Shown here piece after piece: positions 17,278 through 26,548 of a DNA stretch of 64,000 nucleotides; the first letter of the stretch is position 1, and every line of letters starts with the position of its first letter. The notes below the pieces were generated by a model. It made no database searches and was not told the origin of the DNA. It was given only the letters and a program-made list of their open reading frames with translations. The translations under genes were made by a program, and so were the position numbers. Origin of the DNA: a virus; IMG/VR virus record IMGVR_UViG_3300032291_003679, positions 32,001 through 96,000 of that record; one strand, given 5' to 3'.

Positions 17278-18114
17278 CAGTTTGGCTATAAGTCTTTCCA
17301 TCGGCACTAGATGATTGTCTAGCAGTGTCATTCCCTCGTCTTCCATTCTCTTGTTAGCGAGAACGGAGTTGAGTGGGCGTAGTGCTGGTCTCTGCGTGCG
17401 GATGGTTACATTTTTTATAGGTTTTACTGGTATGTCGATGCCGGCGAAATCTATAACATTCTTGGCGAATTCGTACCAAGATGTAGAGCCTTGATTTGTG
17501 ACGTGCCAAATACCTGATGCGCTATTTGTTGCGAGCTCAAGTATTCGAAGAGATGCATCATCTGCGAACGTTGGGTTACTGAACTGGTCATCAACAAATG
17601 AAAGCTCGGATGATTCTTTTGCAATTTTTAAAATTGTTTTAAGAATGTTCTTGCCGTTTTTTCCGCAAACAGAAGAAACGCGAATTACTGCGTCAGTTGG
17701 ACGCATGCATGTTTCTCCTTGAAGTTTGGTAAGTCCATAAGCAGAGATTGGAGAAGGAGAGTCATACTCTTCGTATGGAGAATCTTTTTTTCCATCAAAA
17801 ACGTAATCAGTAGAAATATAGGTGACGTGTGCCCCTACTTCTGATGCAGCCCGAACGATGTGTATTGCTCCGTCAGCGTTTACTCGCTCTGCCTTTATTT
17901 GATTGCGCTCGCAACCATCTACATCTGTCCATGCTGCACAGTGAATAATGTGCGTTGGTTCGTGTGTATGGATAGCTTCCGTAACTGCCGATTGGTTTGA
18001 CACATCAAGGCTTTTGTGGTCCATGGCAACAATTTCGTAGGCATGCTCATCGGCTCTTTCTACAATCTCTGAACCAAGTTGGCCGGTTGCGCCGGTAACA
18101 AGAATCTTAGGCAT
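17269..18114 (-). CDS. rmlD: dTDP-4-dehydrorhamnose reductase
   Basis: GATGQLG, STDYVFDG and YGLTK motifs. Confidence 0.95.
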   Translation of the reverse strand: MPKILVTGATGQLGSEIVERADEHAYEIVAMDHKSLDVSNQSAVTEAIHTHEPTHIIHCAAWTDVDGCERNQIKAERVNADGAIHIVRAASEVGAHVTYISTDYVFDGKKDSPYEEYDSPSPISAYGLTKLQGETCMRPTDAVIRVSSVCGKNGKNILKTILKIAKESSELSFVDDQFSNPTFADDASLRILELATNSASGIWHVTNQGSTSWYEFAKNVIDFAGIDIPVKPIKNVTIRTQRPALRPLNSVLANKRMEDEGMTLLDNHLVPMERLIAKLLS

Positions 18115-19072
18115 TTTTAAGCGGTTCCCACCACCAACGGTTTGACCTGTACCAAGAAATTACGTACCAAAGTTCATCTACGAGAATGTGCTTTTTTACC
18201 CAGCCAAGCTTCTGAACTTTATCCGTATTAACAGAATAGCGACGGTCATGTCCTTTTCTGTCTGCAACATATTCAATAGAGTCTTCTGGAAGCATGTCCA
18301 TGTATTCGAGAATCATGTTAACTATGTCAATATTTGGAGTTTCGTTACCGGCACCAATATTGTAAATCTCTCCATCAGCTCCGCTTGTTAGAACTTTATA
18401 AACCGCAGAGCAATGGTCCTCGACGTGAATCCAGTCTCTCTCATTCAGGCCGTCTCCATAGAGAGGTATTTTCTTCCCTTGAAACAAGTTTGTTATAAAG
18501 AGCGGAATTGCTTTTTCTGGAAACTGAAATGGGCCAAAGTTGTTTGTGCAGCGCGTTACAGAAACTGGAAGTCCGTGGGTGTGGAAGTGTGAAAGCGCGA
18601 GAAGGTCTGAACCAGCCTTAGAAGCAGAATATGGCGACCTAGGCTCCAATGGGTCGGTCTCCAGAGAGGAGCCAACTTCTACAGAGCCGTACACTTCATC
18701 TGTTCCTATGTGTACTATGCGCTCAGCTTCAATAAAGCGAGCAACATCCATCACGGTGTCCGTCCCTAGGCAGTTTGTGCGAACGAATGTGTCCGATAAT
18801 GAAATTGAGCGGTCGACATGGCTTTCTGCAGCAAAGTGAACTACGTAATCAGAACCTTTCATTGACTCAACAAGCTTGTCTTTATCGCAGATATCTCCGT
18901 GAACAAAGGAAACACGCTGAGAATCTATAAAATCTTGCATTGTTGACATGCGTCCGGCGTACGTGAGAGCGTCGTAGACAACCACATTGTCGTCTGTGTT
19001 TTGCAAAACATAACGAACGTAGTTTGAGCCAATAAATCCAGCTCCACCAGTGACAAATTGTTTTTTTATCAT
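18107..19072 (-). CDS. rmlB: dTDP-glucose 4,6-dehydratase
   Basis: GGAGFIG, HFAAESHVDRS, TDEVYG and YSASK motifs. Confidence 0.97.
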   Translation of the reverse strand: MIKKQFVTGGAGFIGSNYVRYVLQNTDDNVVVYDALTYAGRMSTMQDFIDSQRVSFVHGDICDKDKLVESMKGSDYVVHFAAESHVDRSISLSDTFVRTNCLGTDTVMDVARFIEAERIVHIGTDEVYGSVEVGSSLETDPLEPRSPYSASKAGSDLLALSHFHTHGLPVSVTRCTNNFGPFQFPEKAIPLFITNLFQGKKIPLYGDGLNERDWIHVEDHCSAVYKVLTSGADGEIYNIGAGNETPNIDIVNMILEYMDMLPEDSIEYVADRKGHDRRYSVNTDKVQKLGWVKKHILVDELWYVISWYRSNRWWWEPLKNA

Positions 19073-19638
19073 GTTCTAGAACCGTACTGCGGCTTCAGGT
19101 GTGGCGGTATGTCTTTTATCAGCGGATTCTGCATATCTCGTGCTGATAGGTTTGGCTTGCGATACATCCAGTCGGCTTTTATCTCTGGGTCGGACCACAA
19201 GATTCCAAGCTCATCATTCGAGTTGTAGTAATTATCCACCATGTATGTAATCGTCATGTCTGTTAGGGCAACAAAGCCGTGAGCGACTCCAGGGGGTATA
19301 AATACGCCCAGATGAATAAATTCTGGCTCCGTGATTACCGCACCGACATCAATTGTGAGTGTGTTTCCGTATGTTGGTGAACCCTTACGAATGTCGTGAA
19401 GAACTATTCGGCATGCTCCGAATGGGATATACCAGTAGTCGGCCTGATGAAGATGGTAGTGAAGACCAACTACCGAGCCAGCGATGCGGTCAGCCCTGTT
19501 CCCTTGAACCATCTCTCGCCCGAGAGGCAGCCACTGTCTACGATATGTCTCAAGAAACATTCCACGGTTGTCTTTGTGTGCATCTAAATGAACAAGAACT
19601 ACGTCTTTAATTTCTTCAGACTCGGTAATTAATGGCAT
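19069..19638 (-). CDS. rmlC: dTDP-4-dehydrorhamnose 3,5-epimerase
   Basis: DNRGMFLE, GLHY and IPPGVAHGF motifs. Confidence 0.93.
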   Translation of the reverse strand: MPLITESEEIKDVVLVHLDAHKDNRGMFLETYRRQWLPLGREMVQGNRADRIAGSVVGLHYHLHQADYWYIPFGACRIVLHDIRKGSPTYGNTLTIDVGAVITEPEFIHLGVFIPPGVAHGFVALTDMTITYMVDNYYNSNDELGILWSDPEIKADWMYRKPNLSARDMQNPLIKDIPPHLKPQYGSRT

Positions 19639-20711
19639 TACTCAACCTCAACTATGCTTTGGTCACTTATCATCAGTTTTAAGGCTGACGGTTTTTCTTC
19701 TGAACGATGCACGACAGCGCCTTTTCCAATTAGTGAATCACTAATGCGGCTAATATCGCGAATCACATTATTTCCTAGGAGAACAGAATTCTGTATCTCA
19801 GAGTTTTCGATGACACATCCATGTCCAACGGATGTATAGGGGCCGATATACGCATCACGAATTACGCATCCATCAGCAATACTTGCTGGACCAACGATTC
19901 GCGAGTTGTATATAAGGGAGTCTCCTATGACGACTCTTCCGTCAGCCGTAAACGAGTTATTGTCGTTTTCGTATATTTTTCGCTCGATAGTGTTAAGAAC
20001 CAAACGGTTGCACTCTAATAGAGGGTCTTTTTTTCCTGTGTCAATCCACCAGCCATGAAGCTTATGACACGTAACAGTTTCTCCTGAATCAAGAAGGTGC
20101 TGGATGGCGTCCGTTATTTCCAACTCCCCTCTATGTGATGCCTTAATAGAATTAACCGCTTCATGTATGGCCGAAGTAAAGAAGTAAACACCAACCATTG
20201 CGAGGTTTGATTTTGGTTCTTTTGGTTTTTCCTCAAGACGAACTAGACGTCCCTTTTCGTCTATTTCTGCGACTCCAAAATGCTCTGGGTTATCGACGGG
20301 GGTGACAAGTATTGAAGCTGCAGGTTTATCTACTGAGTAATGAATTGGCTCATAGAAATCACGAATGCTTTTTTGGAGCATATTGTCTCCAAGGTACATT
20401 ATGAAGTCGTCGTCGCCCAAAAAAAGACGAGATACTGCTACGCAGTGAGCAAGGCCGAGTGGTTGAGTTTGCTCGATGTATGTAACTTTTGCACCAAACT
20501 TAGAACCATCTCCAACGGCGCTTCTAATCTCTTCGCCTGTTTGTCCGATTACAATGCCAATCTCTGTTATCCCAGCATCTACCATTGACTCTATTCCGTA
20601 AAAGAGAATTGGCTTGTTCGCAATTGGAACTAACTGTTTTGCTCCAGTGTAGGTAATAGGCCTGAGCCGAGTTCCGTTTCCACCGGAGAGAATAAGTCCT
20701 TTTAGGCTCAT
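19638..20711 (-). CDS. rmlA: glucose-1-phosphate thymidylyltransferase (long form)
   Basis: GGNGTRLRPIT..KQLVP, LGDN, EEKP and RGELEITD motifs. Confidence 0.95.
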   Translation of the reverse strand: MSLKGLILSGGNGTRLRPITYTGAKQLVPIANKPILFYGIESMVDAGITEIGIVIGQTGEEIRSAVGDGSKFGAKVTYIEQTQPLGLAHCVAVSRLFLGDDDFIMYLGDNMLQKSIRDFYEPIHYSVDKPAASILVTPVDNPEHFGVAEIDEKGRLVRLEEKPKEPKSNLAMVGVYFFTSAIHEAVNSIKASHRGELEITDAIQHLLDSGETVTCHKLHGWWIDTGKKDPLLECNRLVLNTIERKIYENDNNSFTADGRVVIGDSLIYNSRIVGPASIADGCVIRDAYIGPYTSVGHGCVIENSEIQNSVLLGNNVIRDISRISDSLIGKGAVVHRSEEKPSALKLMISDQSIVEVE

Positions 20712-21415
20712 GGTGCTACCTTTCCATTATCAATCCATGCTTGGTAAGTTACAGGCATCACGTCTTTGAATAATTGCTCGACAGCATCAGCGTATTCACG
20801 AATCTCAAGCTGAGCATTTTTATCAGTGCGCAGTGATAGGAAGTTCATTAATGAACGCGCATTGACTGTCCAGTAAAACTGAGTGAACATGGAAACTGGC
20901 AGCACCATTCGCGCTACTTCTTTAGCAATCCCAGCCTCAACCATCTCTTTATAAATTTTGTAAGAAGCAATGTTATTTGAATTGATTGCCGTCATCGCCA
21001 TACTAACCCGTGGGTCAGATGTGTCTAGCTGCTCAAAATCATAAGCACCAGGTTTTCCTGTCTGCGTGCGTATGTGTTCTGGAAGAGGAACATGAAACTC
21101 GTTTGGGACTTCAGAATATCTAGCAGAGAACTCGTTGAACGACCCCACTCTGTGGCGAAACCATTCGCGAGCAACAAACATCGGGCACTTAACGTGAAAC
21201 CTAAAAGAGTTGTGCTCAAAAGGTGTTCCATGCCGTTCTCTCATCAGAAATCCGATTAGCCCCTTGTCTTTGCCGGACAAATCACTATGCAATTCTGAAG
21301 AGTGCTGAGCAAAAGAAACTCTTGCTGAGTTAACGACAGACATGTCGTCGGCCATATAACCGTCAAGCCTTACGAATCCACCGCTGCCAGGCATTACTTC
21401 AATGAGGTTCCCCAC
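20708..21415 (-). CDS. thyX: flavin-dependent thymidylate synthase
   Basis: HGTPFEH, RHRVGSFNEFSARY and NARSLMNFLSLR motifs. Confidence 0.97.
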   Translation of the reverse strand: MGNLIEVMPGSGGFVRLDGYMADDMSVVNSARVSFAQHSSELHSDLSGKDKGLIGFLMRERHGTPFEHNSFRFHVKCPMFVAREWFRHRVGSFNEFSARYSEVPNEFHVPLPEHIRTQTGKPGAYDFEQLDTSDPRVSMAMTAINSNNIASYKIYKEMVEAGIAKEVARMVLPVSMFTQFYWTVNARSLMNFLSLRTDKNAQLEIREYADAVEQLFKDVMPVTYQAWIDNGKVAP

Positions 21416-21461
21416 ACTCGCTCCTATTTGTATCTTTTTGCCAATCCTAAAACTAGCAGGG

Positions 21462-21537
<76 letters not shown>

Positions 21538-21738
21538 TCATGGAGGGTTCGGCTTCTTTCGCAACGCTTCCCGCTGGCTTCAAAACAACGCTCAAACAAG
21601 GTGTTGGCTAAAACTCCAACTTTCGGTACACGACCTTAATATGCCTCTAACGTTAATCTCCACCTTGAGTACTAACATTCTTACTTGCCTCATTTAACTA
21701 ACAGCTGTACATGCTGCAAGCCCTCTGGCGAAATTTAC

Positions 21739-21951
21739 TTATATTGATGTTTCTTCATTGCTTGCTGCGTTTATTGCGTTCAAGTGTCTTGTCGGCAAGT
21801 AGTTTAACGCCGTAACAATTAGTTGCACAAAACGCCTATCAACGGTTCCTATCTCTTCCCAGCCATCCACCTCTTGGGTTGAGCAGAGAAGCGTACACTC
21901 CGAAGGATTATCGGCTTTGATGGAATAAGCGTAAGTGGGTTTATCAGTCAA
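21739..21951 (-). CDS. hypothetical protein
   Basis: ORF coupled to the upstream gene. Confidence 0.5.
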   Translation of the reverse strand: MTDKPTYAYSIKADNPSECTLLCSTQEVDGWEEIGTVDRRFVQLIVTALNYLPTRHLNAINAASNEETSI

Positions 21952-22126
21952 CTTGGTCTTCCCCCATCAAGCGAAGAAGCTCCTCCTGGGTCATGGTTTT
22001 ACTTTTTTCGGTCGCCGCCCACAGCCATTGCCCGTCCGGGTTTACGCCGATTACTTCAATTAGGCCAGCTTTGCGGAGGAATTCCATGTCGTCGTGGAGG
22101 TCCTCGGGTGTGTATTCATCTTCCAT
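21944..22126 (-). CDS. small winged-helix-like hypothetical protein
   Basis: LRKAGLIEV...W.AT pattern; TACTCT 6 nt before ATG 22126. Confidence 0.6.
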   Translation of the reverse strand: MEDEYTPEDLHDDMEFLRKAGLIEVIGVNPDGQWLWAATEKSKTMTQEELLRLMGEDQVD

Positions 22127-22165
22127 GCCAGAAGAGTAGCCGCTGGTTACATCTCTGTCAAGCAT

Positions 22166-22369
22166 TTAAACATTTTCTAACAAAAGTTTTTCGATAAGAA
22201 CAACGGCATCACTCGCATTTGGGTGGTCTTTGTGTTTCGTGAGGAAGTCTCGTTTTTTACGCCGAAGCATTCGGGTCTGCATCGCTGGATGCACGGGTAC
22301 GACTGTTTCTATTGTTGAAAGTATTGCATTTAACTGAATCAAGAGTGTGCGCTGCTCTATTGATGTCAT
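22166..22369 (-). CDS. hypothetical protein
   Basis: 67-aa ORF immediately after tRNA-Leu. Confidence 0.5.
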   Translation of the reverse strand: MTSIEQRTLLIQLNAILSTIETVVPVHPAMQTRMLRRKKRDFLTKHKDHPNASDAVVLIEKLLLENV

Positions 22370-22389
22370 TGTTTTCTTTCTTTATTTAG

Positions 22390-22468
22390 TGGGCTTGGAG
22401 GGACTCGAACCCTCACTCCGAAGAACTGGTACCTAAAACCAGCGCGTCTGCCATTCCGCCACAAACCC
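22390..22468 (-). tRNA. tRNA-Leu(TAG)
   Basis: GGGTTTG acceptor, long variable arm, loop TT-TAG-GT, no encoded CCA. Confidence 0.9.
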
Positions 22469-22483
22469 GGGTTTTGAGCCCAT

Positions 22484-22651
22484 CTAGCGCTTGGATGCTT
22501 CTTCTATCGCCATACAGTAGGAGCACCGAACACCGTACTCGCAGTTATCGTCATGATACGGCAGCGTGAGGCGATAAGCAATGTCGCGCCACTTATTCAG
22601 CTCTTGTTGCATTTTTGCTATGCGCTCGGTGAGTACTTCGTGCGTTTCCAT
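22484..22651 (-). CDS. small hypothetical protein (55 aa)
   Basis: Translated by hand: METHEVLTERIAKMQQELNKWRDIA...CSYC. Confidence 0.45.
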   Translation of the reverse strand: METHEVLTERIAKMQQELNKWRDIAYRLTLPYHDDNCEYGVRCSYCMAIEEASKR

Positions 22652-22672
22652 GGTACGCAAGATAATACACTA

Positions 22673-22749
<77 letters not shown>

Positions 22750-22758
22750 GTGAATGTT

Positions 22759-22959
22759 TTATTTCTTGACCTTAAGAACACACCCTTGATGAGTATGTAC
22801 GGATTTCCCTTTTTCATCAACATGGTGGTTCATGTATTCTTCAGGTCCAAGATTTTTACAGACAGCACACTTTTTTGAATCAGTAGAGAATCCGATAAGC
22901 ATAAGAATGCCAGCAGCTCCCATAATAAAAGACGAGACTATGGCGAGATTATCAATCAT
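22759..22959 (-). CDS. membrane-anchored small Zn-finger protein
   Basis: N-terminal TM segment, CAVC...HQGC. Confidence 0.6.
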   Translation of the reverse strand: MIDNLAIVSSFIMGAAGILMLIGFSTDSKKCAVCKNLGPEEYMNHHVDEKGKSVHTHQGCVLKVKK

Positions 22960-23123
22960 TACTTTGAACCCTTTTTCTCTGAGTTTTCTAAATAGTCCCC
23001 GATTGCTTTTCTTATTACAGAAGCAACAGAGAGTTTGTTTCTTTCAGCAGCAGCTAGAAGCTTATCGTGCAGTTCTCTTGAAATATGCATAACAAGTTTT
23101 TCAAAGTCTTTATCTTTTGACAT
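22959..23123 (-). CDS. ribbon-helix-helix (CopG/Arc-like) DNA-binding protein (54 aa; not in ORF track)
   Basis: Translated by hand: LVMHISRELHDKLLAAAERNKLSVASVIRKAIGDYL; AAGGAG RBS. Confidence 0.7.
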   Translation of the reverse strand: MSKDKDFEKLVMHISRELHDKLLAAAERNKLSVASVIRKAIGDYLENSEKKGSK

Positions 23124-23135
23124 TTTTCTCCTTAG

Positions 23136-23210
23136 TGCTGGAGGCGGGATTTGAACCCGCGTGCACCCCTACGGTTTCCACACTTTATAAGAGTGAGCCG
23201 ATACTCCAGC
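23136..23210 (-). tRNA. atypical tRNA-like RNA, anticodon TAT (Ile), lacking a D-arm
   Basis: Perfect 7-bp acceptor GCTGGAG/CTCCAGC, T-arm GCGGG-TTCAAAT-CCCGC, anticodon arm CACT-CTTATAA-AGTG. Confidence 0.65.
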
Positions 23211-23229
23211 CATCGCGTATTAGATATGC

Positions 23230-23559
23230 CTAATCGGCGATGGCTATTCGTATGTTCTCAATAATTCGACTCTTGTTGAAACCGCCCGCCAAGGCTACGC
23301 GGCCAATTGGCGAGCCGTCCTTCAAAGCAACTAAAGCAGGTATTGATTTGATGTCGTATCGGATTCCGAATTCAGGAAACTCCTCGATATTGAGTTTGGC
23401 AAATTTTACTTCACTCTCCATCTCGGTTGACAGCTCATCAATGAGCGGCGCAATAATTTTGCATGGCCCGCACCACGGAGCCCAGAAATCTACAATTACA
23501 GGAATGTCGGAGCTGTTGACAAACTCGTCGTATGTATCTGCTGTTAGTTCTACTGTCAT
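23230..23559 (-). CDS. trxA: thioredoxin
   Basis: DFWAPWCGPCK. Confidence 0.95.
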   Translation of the reverse strand: MTVELTADTYDEFVNSSDIPVIVDFWAPWCGPCKIIAPLIDELSTEMESEVKFAKLNIEEFPEFGIRYDIKSIPALVALKDGSPIGRVALAGGFNKSRIIENIRIAIAD

Positions 23560-23595
23560 GGTGAAATACTACCTTCCTTTGAGATGAATGCTACA

Positions 23596-24045
23596 TTAAT
23601 CATAAAGTTCGTTGATGAGCAAATCCTTGACATCGTCAGCCATAAGCAAAAAACCTCTGGCTGGGTTGTCTGCTCCACCAAGGGATATTTTCGTTGACTC
23701 GTTAAATTTGTCTTTGTTTGCTCTTAGGTATCTCTTTAGACGGCCTACGTCAATTACCACAAAACCTTGACCTGGGGAAAAAACGTAAACCCACCATTTG
23801 GCGGTTGTTACATTGATTCCGCTCTTGTGCCAAATTGGTTCGCCGTCTTGGTTGCGTACGCCACGTGGATTTTGGTCTGTTTCCACAACCATCCGACCGT
23901 TTCTATAGCGGTCTGTTTTTACTTCGAATGCTCCGTCAGACAGGTCATCAAGGAAACTTGATATTTCCTTCTCGCTCTGTTGGCCAAACTCTAAGTCAGC
24001 TTTGAAATCGAACTTGCGTCCGGGAATATCAAATGCTGAACTCAT
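23596..24045 (-). CDS. PD-(D/E)xK-like phage protein
   Basis: FEVKTD..GRMVVE..SGINVTTAKWW. Confidence 0.55.
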   Translation of the reverse strand: MSSAFDIPGRKFDFKADLEFGQQSEKEISSFLDDLSDGAFEVKTDRYRNGRMVVETDQNPRGVRNQDGEPIWHKSGINVTTAKWWVYVFSPGQGFVVIDVGRLKRYLRANKDKFNESTKISLGGADNPARGFLLMADDVKDLLINELYD

Positions 24046-24274
24046 CAGGAACAGCCTTAGTAAGTGTGGCTTCTATCTCGCCTTTTTCGTTCGGTCCATC
24101 GTTGACCGTAAGTCCGATAATTCCAAGAATACTTTCGGCCGCATCTTCTGTTGTAAGACGATTTTCTCTGTCTTCTTCAGGGCTCACATCTTCGTTATCT
24201 AGAAACTCATAAATTGTGTTTGCTATTAAATCATTGAGTGAAAGTCTTAGTTCAGCAGAACTTCTATTTGTCAT
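24029..24274 (-). CDS. hypothetical protein
   Basis: TAGCCT 7 nt before ATG. Confidence 0.6.
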   Translation of the reverse strand: MTNRSSAELRLSLNDLIANTIYEFLDNEDVSPEEDRENRLTTEDAAESILGIIGLTVNDGPNEKGEIEATLTKAVPDEFSI

Positions 24275-24346
24275 GGTTGACAGGCTACCACTATGGGTGT
24301 AGTCTGAACATGCCTTAGGGCGAACTTATAGAAAAGAGACAAACCA

Positions 24347-24823
24347 ATGAATTTGGCACCAGTGACAATCATCGGGAATCTGACAGCAGACCCCGAACTC
24401 ACCTTCACAACAACAGGACAGGCGAAGCTCAGCTTCTCTGTTGCAAACACCCATATCTGGTACGATGCAGCCGGTGAAAAGCAGGAGAAGACCAGCTACT
24501 TCAACGTAACAGCATGGCGTTACCTTGCAGAGAACTCAGCACGCACCCTTGAAAAGGGAATCGGAGTTGTTGTTTATGGACGCCTTGAGCAGCGCAGCTA
24601 CGAAGACAAGGAAGGCAACAAGCGTTCAATTGTTGAGCTCGTAGCAGAGGAAGTTGCAATTTCGACAAAGTCCCTTGAGACAATCGAGCGCCGTCAGCGC
24701 AGCGAAGGTGGCGAAGGTGGAGCACCTCGTGGAGGTTCAGCACAGCCACGTCGCTCACGTCCAAGCACAGCCAAGGTCCCAGCAGGCGGACTCCTTGAGG
24801 ACGCAGACTCAGAACCGTTCTGA
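24347..24823 (+). CDS. ssb: single-stranded DNA-binding protein
   Basis: IIGNLTADPEL, GRLEQRSY and acidic EPF tail. Confidence 0.96.
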   Translation: MNLAPVTIIGNLTADPELTFTTTGQAKLSFSVANTHIWYDAAGEKQEKTSYFNVTAWRYLAENSARTLEKGIGVVVYGRLEQRSYEDKEGNKRSIVELVAEEVAISTKSLETIERRQRSEGGEGGAPRGGSAQPRRSRPSTAKVPAGGLLEDADSEPF

Positions 24824-24868
24824 GCATTAATTAGCCGTTAAGAGAGCCCGAGAGGCTCAACGGACAGC

Positions 24869-24907
24869 AAGCCCGGCCCTAGGGAAACCTAGAAAGGCCG
24901 GGTTTTT
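24869..24907 (+). terminator. intrinsic terminator after ssb
   Basis: GC-rich hairpin CCCGGCC...GGCCGGG followed by a T-tract. Confidence 0.7.
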
Positions 24908-25035
24908 GCATTTATATGGCAGTTATGGATAGAAAAACATTTCAAAAAAAAATCTGAGAAAAGTGTTGTCAAAGTAAAACCAGCGCCTTATGATTTCCTT
25001 ATCCCATTCACCTACTTATAAACATGGAGATACAA

Positions 25036-25284
25036 ATGTCGGAATATAACAAGCTTCGCGAAAAAGGAATCAACCGAGGTCGGCCTCGTCATAGCCCTGA
25101 GCAAAAGGCTGAATCACAGCTTCGCAACTCGCTTCGCCAAGAGGCTCGTCGTCGCGCTCATCTTGTCCTCAAGGCTCGTCACACAGACGAGTTCAATGAG
25201 ATTTACGAGACAGAGATGAAAGACCTCATTAAGCAGGCAACAGCAGCAGAAACTGCTAAACCAAAGAAGACACGTAAGTCTTAG
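25036..25284 (+). CDS. small basic protein with RGRPR (AT-hook-like) motif
   Basis: GGAG RBS; NRGRPRH. Confidence 0.65.
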   Translation: MSEYNKLREKGINRGRPRHSPEQKAESQLRNSLRQEARRRAHLVLKARHTDEFNEIYETEMKDLIKQATAAETAKPKKTRKS

Positions 25285-25430
25285 TCTTTTTCTTCTTGTT
25301 CTTCTTTGGACTCACCAGGACGAACAAATTCCTTAAGAAAACTTTTGGCCCATTCCCGGCGCTCTTCATCGTTCTGATTGAAGATGTCGTCGGGAATTGG
25401 TCTTACTCGGGGCAGTCTGCTATTCGACAT
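25281..25430 (-). CDS. small hypothetical protein (49 aa)
   Basis: Translated by hand; continues the minus-strand gene string. Confidence 0.4.
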   Translation of the reverse strand: MSNSRLPRVRPIPDDIFNQNDEERREWAKSFLKEFVRPGESKEEQEEKD

Positions 25431-25617
25431 CGTTTTCTACCGCTTCATCTTCTGGGAATACTTTTTCGCCCGTCTTAAAGGCCATTTTTCTACGAATATG
25501 TTCGTATGAAGCAATAAGGTCTAGCGCCCGCTCTTCACCTTGTGTGTTTCTTTTTGCATCGATTGCAGCAATATCTGCGAGGAGCTTAATGTCTCCGTCA
25601 AAACCAGGGAATGTCAT
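25420..25617 (-). CDS. hypothetical protein
   Basis: ATG right after the upstream stop. Confidence 0.5.
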   Translation of the reverse strand: MTFPGFDGDIKLLADIAAIDAKRNTQGEERALDLIASYEHIRRKMAFKTGEKVFPEDEAVENDVE

Positions 25618-25618
25618 C

Positions 25619-25804
25619 TTAAAAGTCCTTATCTCTACCCTTGCGCACGTTACGCTTAAGTGCTTTGCGGCGTGAACTACCATATTCTATCTCAAGCCAT
25701 TCGTCAAAATCCTCATACGTCCCAGGACTCGCTTGTATGTATCTTTCATACTGCGCTAAAAGCTTGAGGTAATCTTCATCATCCGCGTCAAACTGTGATG
25801 GCAT
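25619..25804 (-). CDS. hypothetical protein
   Basis: ATG shortly after the upstream stop. Confidence 0.55.
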   Translation of the reverse strand: MPSQFDADDEDYLKLLAQYERYIQASPGTYEDFDEWLEIEYGSSRRKALKRNVRKGRDKDF

Positions 25805-25811
25805 AACAATT

Positions 25812-26309
25812 CTATCCTTTTCTAACTTTCCTACCTGCTGCCGCGGCAGATTCTGTATTGGAAACAAATTGTCTCCCTTTCCTGCTACCAAGAATTTTTT
25901 TTCTATTGGTGGCTGCTCTTTGTGACGGCGTCAATTTTGACCAAGCCTTTGCTGGAAGGTACCTACGCGTGCCGCCTTTTCTTATGGCTGGCTTGCCGTC
26001 TGAAGTAGTCCACTTCTCACGAGTCCACTTCTTAAGCGAGCGCTGTGATTTTTTAGGAGCGCCTCTATATCCACCACCAGCTTTGCGGTACTCCATCGCA
26101 AGAAGCTGAGCTTTTCTTGCACTCCACTGACCAGGTTTTCCTCCACGTGAACCAGCCATAATGCGATTCTTAATTCGTTCACGGACTTCAGGCTTCGTGT
26201 AAGACATTTTGGCTGTCTTTTCAAGCATTGTGGGGGCGTCTTCAACAAACTTGGAGATAGAGTCTTCAACCCATGCCGGGCACTCTGGGGAATTTTTGTT
26301 TTCTCTCAT
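25812..26309 (-). CDS. basic conserved phage protein (DUF5872-like)
   Basis: GGKPGQWSARKAQL...SLKKWT.EKWTT. Confidence 0.7.
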   Translation of the reverse strand: MRENKNSPECPAWVEDSISKFVEDAPTMLEKTAKMSYTKPEVRERIKNRIMAGSRGGKPGQWSARKAQLLAMEYRKAGGGYRGAPKKSQRSLKKWTREKWTTSDGKPAIRKGGTRRYLPAKAWSKLTPSQRAATNRKKILGSRKGRQFVSNTESAAAAGRKVRKG

Positions 26310-26548
26310 TGCTTGTCTTCTGCTTCTTTTTTGGCCTGATTAATTATCCATGTTGTTTCTGCGTTCATATTGTCAAGCCACGGGTGTGATTTAGCGAAAT
26401 CCGCCACTTGTTTAGCGCCGTCTTCTGCAGAATAGTCAATGCCAATCTGTCTAAACAGGTCGTAGATGTCTTCACATTCAGGAATGTCAAGTGTTCTGAA
26501 TTTTATAAAGTCTGCATTTTCTTGCGAATTGTCTATATTCATTGTCAT
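26306..26548 (-). CDS. hypothetical protein
   Basis: ATGA coupling on both sides. Confidence 0.6.
   Translation of the reverse strand: MTMNIDNSQENADFIKFRTLDIPECEDIYDLFRQIGIDYSAEDGAKQVADFAKSHPWLDNMNAETTWIINQAKKEAEDKQ

Noticed and set aside
20646-20658. Box A-like AGTGTAGGTAATA inside rmlA
   Set aside because: It encodes the conserved RPITYTG region of RmlA on the opposite strand, so it is probably a chance match.
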